Source of the DNA: Ferruginibacter sp.
Lineage (GTDB): Bacteria > Bacteroidota > Bacteroidia > Chitinophagales > Chitinophagaceae
Assembly (NCBI GenBank): GCA_040003485.1
Contig: JBDUCK010000001.1
Span: 1-48,171, forward strand
DNA: 48,171 nucleotides
Direction: 5' to 3'
Shown one piece after another: positions 42,851 through 48,171 of this stretch. A program made the position numbers and the translations under genes. The notes under the pieces were generated by a model. It made no database searches. It was not told the DNA's origin and saw only the letters and a program-made list of their open reading frames with translations. The stretch's first letter is position 1. Each line of letters starts with the position of its first letter.

Positions 42851-44152
42851 ATGAAAAAAATAATCTTAATTATACTTACGGTGTTTGTAACCTACATCGC
42901 AAATGCACAATTTGGCAATTTATTAGACAGGGCAAAACAAAAAGTAAAAAACAAAGCAAACCAAAAGATAGACCAGAAGATGGATAAAACCATTGACAAC
43001 ACTGTGGACAATGCAGGAAAAAAAACTTCCGGTACAAATAACACGAACAATACTAACACAACAAATAATGATAATACCAATTCAAAACCAGAAACTACCG
43101 TTTTATTAAAGAGCTACAGCAAATTTGATTTTGTGCCTGGCGAAAAAATTGTAGTGGCAGAAGATTTTAGCCAGGATGCTATAGGCGATTTTCCAGACAA
43201 ATGGAATACGAATGGCAGCGGCGAGGTTGTTACAGTAGATGGACAGGCAGGGCACTGGCTAATGATAAATAAGAAAGGCCGATATATTCCTGAGTACATA
43301 ACCAGCCTGCCAGAAAATTTTACATTTCAGTTTGATCTGTTATGCAATGAAAAATTTAATTATTATTCCAATGCATTGGATCTGTTTTTTTTAACCGGTA
43401 AAAATGACAAATCGGTATTCGAATACAGCTTTATTGAACTGGAGAAAAGATCGGGAGTAAAACTGGGTTTTCATCCGGCTAATGCAGGAAATACCGGTGG
43501 CAGCGCTACTATTAATAGTTTTGAAGATGGCGAACATGTAATTAATAATGAAGTAACCACCAGCCAGTTTAATAGCAATGCCAATAAAACAAAAGTAAAA
43601 ATTTCAATATGGCGTCAGAAACAAAGGCTTCGGGTGTATATGAATGAAGAAAAAGTGTTTGACCTGCCTAAAGCTTTTGCAGCAAATAAAAATTATGGTA
43701 CAGTAATGTTTGAAATATGGAGCGGTATGAATAATGATGTAGATCGTTACCTGCTAAATAATATAAAATTAGCCGTGGGCTCACCAGATACAAGAAACAA
43801 ATTTATAAATGAAGGTAAATTTGTTAGCCACGGAATTTTGTTTGATGTAAACAGTGATATAATAAAACCGGAGAGTTACGGCGCTTTAAAGGATATTGCG
43901 AATGTACTGTCAGAAAATGCTGGCGTGAAAGTGATGATTGTAGGCCATACAGATAGCGACGGAGATGATAAATCCAATTTAGAACTTTCTAAAAAAAGAG
44001 CTGAATCGGTAAAGAATTACCTGGTAAAAGAATTCCAAATAGATATTTCCAGGATAACAACCGATGGTAAAGGAGAAGCCATCCCGATTGATAAAAATAC
44101 TTCTGCCGAAGGCAAAGCCAACAACCGCCGGGTTGAATTTATTAAACAATAA
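42851..44152 (+). CDS. Exported protein with C-terminal OmpA-like peptidoglycan-binding domain
   Basis: Signal peptide; T/N-rich linker; ILFDVNS, GHTD, NLELSKKRAESV, NRRVEF. Confidence 0.9.
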   Translation: MKKIILIILTVFVTYIANAQFGNLLDRAKQKVKNKANQKIDQKMDKTIDNTVDNAGKKTSGTNNTNNTNTTNNDNTNSKPETTVLLKSYSKFDFVPGEKIVVAEDFSQDAIGDFPDKWNTNGSGEVVTVDGQAGHWLMINKKGRYIPEYITSLPENFTFQFDLLCNEKFNYYSNALDLFFLTGKNDKSVFEYSFIELEKRSGVKLGFHPANAGNTGGSATINSFEDGEHVINNEVTTSQFNSNANKTKVKISIWRQKQRLRVYMNEEKVFDLPKAFAANKNYGTVMFEIWSGMNNDVDRYLLNNIKLAVGSPDTRNKFINEGKFVSHGILFDVNSDIIKPESYGALKDIANVLSENAGVKVMIVGHTDSDGDDKSNLELSKKRAESVKNYLVKEFQIDISRITTDGKGEAIPIDKNTSAEGKANNRRVEFIKQ

Positions 44153-44167
44153 TCTTACTGAAATATA

Positions 44168-45241
44168 TTATTTAATAACATCACCAACATTACTAGAATA
44201 TTTTTTTCCTCCCACCCCGGTTATCTTATTACCACTCCACATGCCAGCTCTTCCCATTGACGGGCTACTGTTATTGCAAATACCATTTCTTGCGGCACCT
44301 TCAATAATATTTCCGGTACAGTTTACTTTTAGTGGTGCTCCATCTATCCCTTTCTTTTCAATTAAAATTGCATCATGCAGTAAAGCTTTAGCTGTGTTTA
44401 TTAAACTATTTTCCTGGATAACGTTCTGGGCATATCCAAACAATTGAATGCCAGAGCCCGAGCCATTTTCAACACGGTTATTTCTTATCGTTCCAAAACT
44501 GTTGCTGCCTACCAGTATGCCGGTTCTCTGCGAAGCAAGATTGGATTTACCATAATTACGTACGGTATTATCATACACCTGGAAGTCCTGCGCATTGCAT
44601 AACTGGATGCCATCGCCAGAGAGTTCTTCCAGCAGGTTATTATTAATTTTTATGTTCTTAAAATGAGCTGTATTTTTTATGGAATAAATACCGGAGTTTC
44701 CCAGGTAAAATCCTTCCGACCTCCCTTTCTCAGCAGGGTTATCCATATCATGTATCCAGTTGTGATGAAGCCATACGTTCACCATGGTACGCCCTGTATC
44801 AGGGCTACTGAAGATGCCTACCTGCGAATGCGTAACCTCAACATTTTTTACTTCATACTCGGTAGCATTGGTAGTATTTAAGCCCTGCGAAATATATTCA
44901 CCGCCCGATGGGCCGAAAACAATTCCATATTTATAAGCGGAATCTCCACCACCGTCAATAATAAAATGACTACAGTTATATAAAATGGCGGCATAACCAT
45001 TCTTTATCCCGATTCGGCTCCTGCCCGATCTATTTCTGAAAACTATGGGGCTATCAGCCGTACCATTAATATTTTCAAGATTCCAGTAAGCATAGCTACC
45101 CTTTAAAATAATAGTATCGCCGGGTCTTATCTTTATCTTAGGCTTGTACCAGCCTCCATCAAAATTTTTTGGTATACTGATTTCTCTTGCATCTGCGGCA
45201 GTTGCAATTAATGATAAAAGAATGAGGTATATTTTTTTCAC
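44168..45241 (-). CDS. Secreted right-handed parallel beta-helix protein (GTG start)
   Basis: Signal peptide; PGDTIIL; repeated beta-helix coils (HHNWIH, NNNLLE, YDNTVR, RNNRVE); EGFYLG and DGIQL. Confidence 0.8.
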   Translation of the reverse strand: MKKIYLILLSLIATAADAREISIPKNFDGGWYKPKIKIRPGDTIILKGSYAYWNLENINGTADSPIVFRNRSGRSRIGIKNGYAAILYNCSHFIIDGGGDSAYKYGIVFGPSGGEYISQGLNTTNATEYEVKNVEVTHSQVGIFSSPDTGRTMVNVWLHHNWIHDMDNPAEKGRSEGFYLGNSGIYSIKNTAHFKNIKINNNLLEELSGDGIQLCNAQDFQVYDNTVRNYGKSNLASQRTGILVGSNSFGTIRNNRVENGSGSGIQLFGYAQNVIQENSLINTAKALLHDAILIEKKGIDGAPLKVNCTGNIIEGAARNGICNNSSPSMGRAGMWSGNKITGVGGKKYSSNVGDVIK

Positions 45242-45428
45242 TGGCTTTTATTTAGGTTGATATCTCAGAAACTGTTTATAAACCGGGTTTAAAATTAAAT
45301 CTTATGAAAGAGTTTAACTTACTGACTTAAAGTTACTCAATTGCGATAAATTATTTTTGTTTAATTCATTCCCTGCGGACACAAATATCTTTTATATTGT
45401 TAGTTATATATTTTTGAAAGACATGCAT

Positions 45429-45466
45429 TAAAAAAAGGCCGCATTAATATGCAGCCTTAAAAAAAA
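45429..45466 (-). terminator. Intrinsic terminator after the TPR gene
   Basis: AAGGCCGCAT-TAAT-ATGCAGCCTT stem with a T tract on the minus strand. Confidence 0.7.
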
Positions 45467-45484
45467 TTGTATCGTTATCACTAT

Positions 45485-46750
45485 TTAAAATTTGATAGTT
45501 GCTTTTGTCTTGTCATATTCAGCAGCTTTCTTTGCATCGCCTTTTGCATTATACATATCACTTAAATAGCCAAGTATGTTCTGATAACTGGCTTTTTGGA
45601 TAGCTTTCAGATTTTGTTGAGCACCATAATATTTTACAGCTGTTTCTGCATAAGGAATACACTCATCCATTTTTTTAATAGAAAGGGCTTTTAAGGCAGC
45701 TTTCTTTTTTACATCTTCAGGTTTTACGCTTTTAATAAGAGTTGCAGCTGCGCTGTAATCGGCAGCAGAATTAAATAAATGATTAACCATTAAAGTAGTT
45801 GCATCAATGCCTGTATCATTTGTAATAGCTGTTTTTAAAACTGACGTAAGTTTGTCTTTAGCGGCGGGTACGTCTGCGGGTCTTGGCACATCCTGTCCAT
45901 AGATACTGTTGTATAATTCTATGGAATAATTATAGGCAAGAGTAAAATCATTTGGGCTTTTTGAAAGCATTTCTTCGTACTTGGCAAACAGCGCAGTTTT
46001 ATCAGTTTTACTGTTTACTGCTTTTAATTCCAGTTCATTCCAATATCCATCCTGCGGGTAAAACTTTTTTCCTTTATCTAATATTTGTTGCAGGTTGGCG
46101 GCATCAGTCTTTTTAGAATAATAATCAGCGAGGTACTCATAAACTTCAGCGTAATCTTTACCCGTAACATTTGCATCTGCCAATTTTTTAAAATAAAAAA
46201 CACTTTGGTCTTCATTTTTTGCCTGTAAGGCAGCAATAGCAATATTTAATACCAGTGCTGTATCCAGGGTATTTAATGTAACTTGGTTATAAGTGTACTG
46301 TTTATTTAAAATATAATCCTTTATTTCATTTGCTTTTTTAAATGTCTCCAAAGCATTAGCATAAGCTTTATCATTAAACTGCTGAGCGCCTAAATCATAA
46401 GTGCCACCATACAGGTCAAGATAAGAAGCATAGTTTTCAAACTTCATACGTATATCCTTTGTATCTAATTGCTGGTATTTTTTAAATGCTTCAAAAGCAT
46501 TTGATTTTAAAGTAAATTTTTCATTTTTTGAAAGGGTAGAATCATACGAAACAAAATTATAAATTCTCCCTTTGTAATACCAGGCATTAGCGTTATCAGC
46601 ATTCTTGGCATCTAAAAAAAACTTATCAATACCTGTTTTTGCTTCTGCATATTTTTTTTTGTCTACCAAAGTGCCAATATCGTCGAGGCTTTGGCTAAAG
46701 GTTGTAAAACTATAAATAAACAACGCAGACAGAATAAAAATTTTCTTCAT
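45485..46750 (-). CDS. Exported TPR-like alpha-helical repeat protein
   Basis: Signal peptide; ANAWYYKGRIY and other Ala/Tyr-rich helical repeats. Confidence 0.8.
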   Translation of the reverse strand: MKKIFILSALFIYSFTTFSQSLDDIGTLVDKKKYAEAKTGIDKFFLDAKNADNANAWYYKGRIYNFVSYDSTLSKNEKFTLKSNAFEAFKKYQQLDTKDIRMKFENYASYLDLYGGTYDLGAQQFNDKAYANALETFKKANEIKDYILNKQYTYNQVTLNTLDTALVLNIAIAALQAKNEDQSVFYFKKLADANVTGKDYAEVYEYLADYYSKKTDAANLQQILDKGKKFYPQDGYWNELELKAVNSKTDKTALFAKYEEMLSKSPNDFTLAYNYSIELYNSIYGQDVPRPADVPAAKDKLTSVLKTAITNDTGIDATTLMVNHLFNSAADYSAAATLIKSVKPEDVKKKAALKALSIKKMDECIPYAETAVKYYGAQQNLKAIQKASYQNILGYLSDMYNAKGDAKKAAEYDKTKATIKF

Positions 46751-46820
46751 ATAATTTCTTTTTTAGTTATTAAAGATATTAGTTAATTAGACATATTGCT
46801 ATTTTTCTTACTGCCTTTTT

Positions 46821-46835
46821 CCATAAACCATGCCA
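46821..46835 (-). promoter_or_regulatory. Putative sigma54-like promoter of the TPR gene
   Basis: Minus strand TGGCATGGTTTATGG; strong -24 box, weak -12 box. Confidence 0.4.
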
Positions 46836-46907
46836 TAGGCAGGTAAATGAATAATACTGGTGAAATTTATAGATAATGTTCATAAATTTAGCACTTAGTT
46901 ATACATT

Positions 46908-48171
46908 TTGATAAGCCAGGAAACCATACAACAAATACTAAGCAGGATAGATATTATTGAGATACTAGGCTCATTTGTGAAACTTAAAAAAAGAGGCGCT
47001 AACTATCTTGGCCTTTGCCCTTTCCACAACGAAAAATCGCCGTCGTTTACGGTCTCGCCTACTAAAGAAATTTATAAGTGTTTTGGCTGTGGTAGAAGTG
47101 GTAATACGATTGGTTTTTTAATGGAATTGGAAAAATACAGTTATGTAGAGTCATTAAGATGGCTGGCAAATAAATATAATGTTGAAATTGAAGAATCAGA
47201 AACTACACCGGAAGTAAAACTGGTACGGCAGGCTGCAGACAGTCTTTACATTATTAATAACTTTGCACAGCAATTTTTTTCCAATGCTCTTTTTAATACA
47301 GATGAGGGTGCAGACATCGCTTTAAGTTATTTAAAAGAAAGAGGATTCAGGGAAGATATTATAAAGCAATTTCAATTGGGTTACAATCCTTCGGGCAAGG
47401 ATAATTTTGCAACAGCGGCCCTTGCTGCCCAGTACAATGATGAGTACCTGCAAAAAAGCGGGCTGGTAGTTATCAGGGATGAGAAACCGATGGATAATTA
47501 CCGTGGCCGGATTATATTTCCTATACACAATCAAAGCGGAAAAATACTTGGGTTTGGTGCAAGGATTATTAAGAATAATGATAAGGCCCCAAAATACATC
47601 AATACGCCGGAGAATGAAATTTATATAAAAAGCAAGATCTTATATGGTTCTTACTTTGCCCGGATGGCTATTGATAAAGCTGATGAATGCCTGTTGGTAG
47701 AGGGTTATACAGATGTAGTAAGCCTGCACCAGGCGGGTGTGGAAAATGTGGTTGCCAGTGGCGGCACCTCTTTAACACCTGATCAGCTAAGGCTGGTAAA
47801 AAAATATACCAATAACCTTACTATTATTTATGATGGGGATACTGCCGGGGTAAAAGCTGCACTGCGTGGATTAGATATGGCCCTGGAAGAAGGCCTGAAT
47901 GTAAAATTGGTTTTGATCCCCGATAAAGAAGATCCTGACAGTTATGTAAACAAAGTTGGGGCAGAAGCTTTCAAGGATTTTGTAAAAGAAAATAAAAAAG
48001 ATTTTGTGTTATTTCAGTTAGGCCTGGCATTAAGTGATGCCGGCAATGACAGTACAAAAAAATCGCTTATTGTAAACCAGGTTGCAGAAACAATTTCAAA
48101 AATAAATAAAACAGAGGAATTTACCCGCCGCCAGGATTATATAAAACAGGTTTCTGAAATTTTAAAGATTG
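46908..48171 (+). CDS. dnaG: DNA primase; TTG start; 3' end runs off the window
   Basis: Manual translation MISQETIQQILSRIDI..GLCPFHNEKSPSF..YKCFGCG (CHC2 zinc finger), PKYINTPE, LVEGYTDV, YDGDTAG, EDPD. Confidence 0.98.
   Translation, partial: MISQETIQQILSRIDIIEILGSFVKLKKRGANYLGLCPFHNEKSPSFTVSPTKEIYKCFGCGRSGNTIGFLMELEKYSYVESLRWLANKYNVEIEESETTPEVKLVRQAADSLYIINNFAQQFFSNALFNTDEGADIALSYLKERGFREDIIKQFQLGYNPSGKDNFATAALAAQYNDEYLQKSGLVVIRDEKPMDNYRGRIIFPIHNQSGKILGFGARIIKNNDKAPKYINTPENEIYIKSKILYGSYFARMAIDKADECLLVEGYTDVVSLHQAGVENVVASGGTSLTPDQLRLVKKYTNNLTIIYDGDTAGVKAALRGLDMALEEGLNVKLVLIPDKEDPDSYVNKVGAEAFKDFVKENKKDFVLFQLGLALSDAGNDSTKKSLIVNQVAETISKINKTEEFTRRQDYIKQVSEILKI

Noticed and set aside
43030-43085. 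AAC/ACA-rich low-complexity tract
   Set aside because: Encodes a Thr/Asn linker in the OmpA-domain protein; not a separate element.
1-48171. tRNA, rRNA, CRISPR-Cas, prophage, IS or defence genes
   Set aside because: No cloverleaf, repeat-spacer array, integrase, transposase, nuclease or reverse transcriptase motifs were seen by eye.

Overview
AT-rich chromosomal segment of a Bacteroidota bacterium, most consistent with Chitinophagaceae (TAnnTTTG promoters, nusB-DUF1573-yajC-coaE synteny, fused secDF, type B L31). Most of it is housekeeping: groEL/groES, nusB, yajC, coaE, an aminotransferase, secDF, an IscA-like protein, methylmalonyl-CoA mutase large subunit, tpiA, rpmE, yajQ, an lgt-like gene, a bacilliredoxin, hsp20, speA, rplT/rpmI, rluF and dnaG. 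I saw no tRNA, rRNA, CRISPR array, integrase or transposase. The best candidate for an undescribed system is an accessory block at about 18.9-25.6 kb. It holds two small membrane proteins, a 44-aa Cys-pair microprotein missed by the ORF track, a cluster of sigma54-like -24/-12 motifs, a degenerate ECF-sigma-like protein, a CheB-CheR-PAS histidine kinase and a single-domain receiver. Other notable signals are: a sigma54-like hsp20 promoter with three boxes at exact 31-bp spacing; a structured rpmI-rplT leader with a possible long-range pairing; two copies of a GC-rich structured repeat (Flavo-1-like), one carrying a nested palindrome; a lipoprotein that appears to start at CTG; and an orphan flippase-GT8-methyltransferase trio. 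All functional interpretations come from reading motifs by eye and need database or experimental checks.
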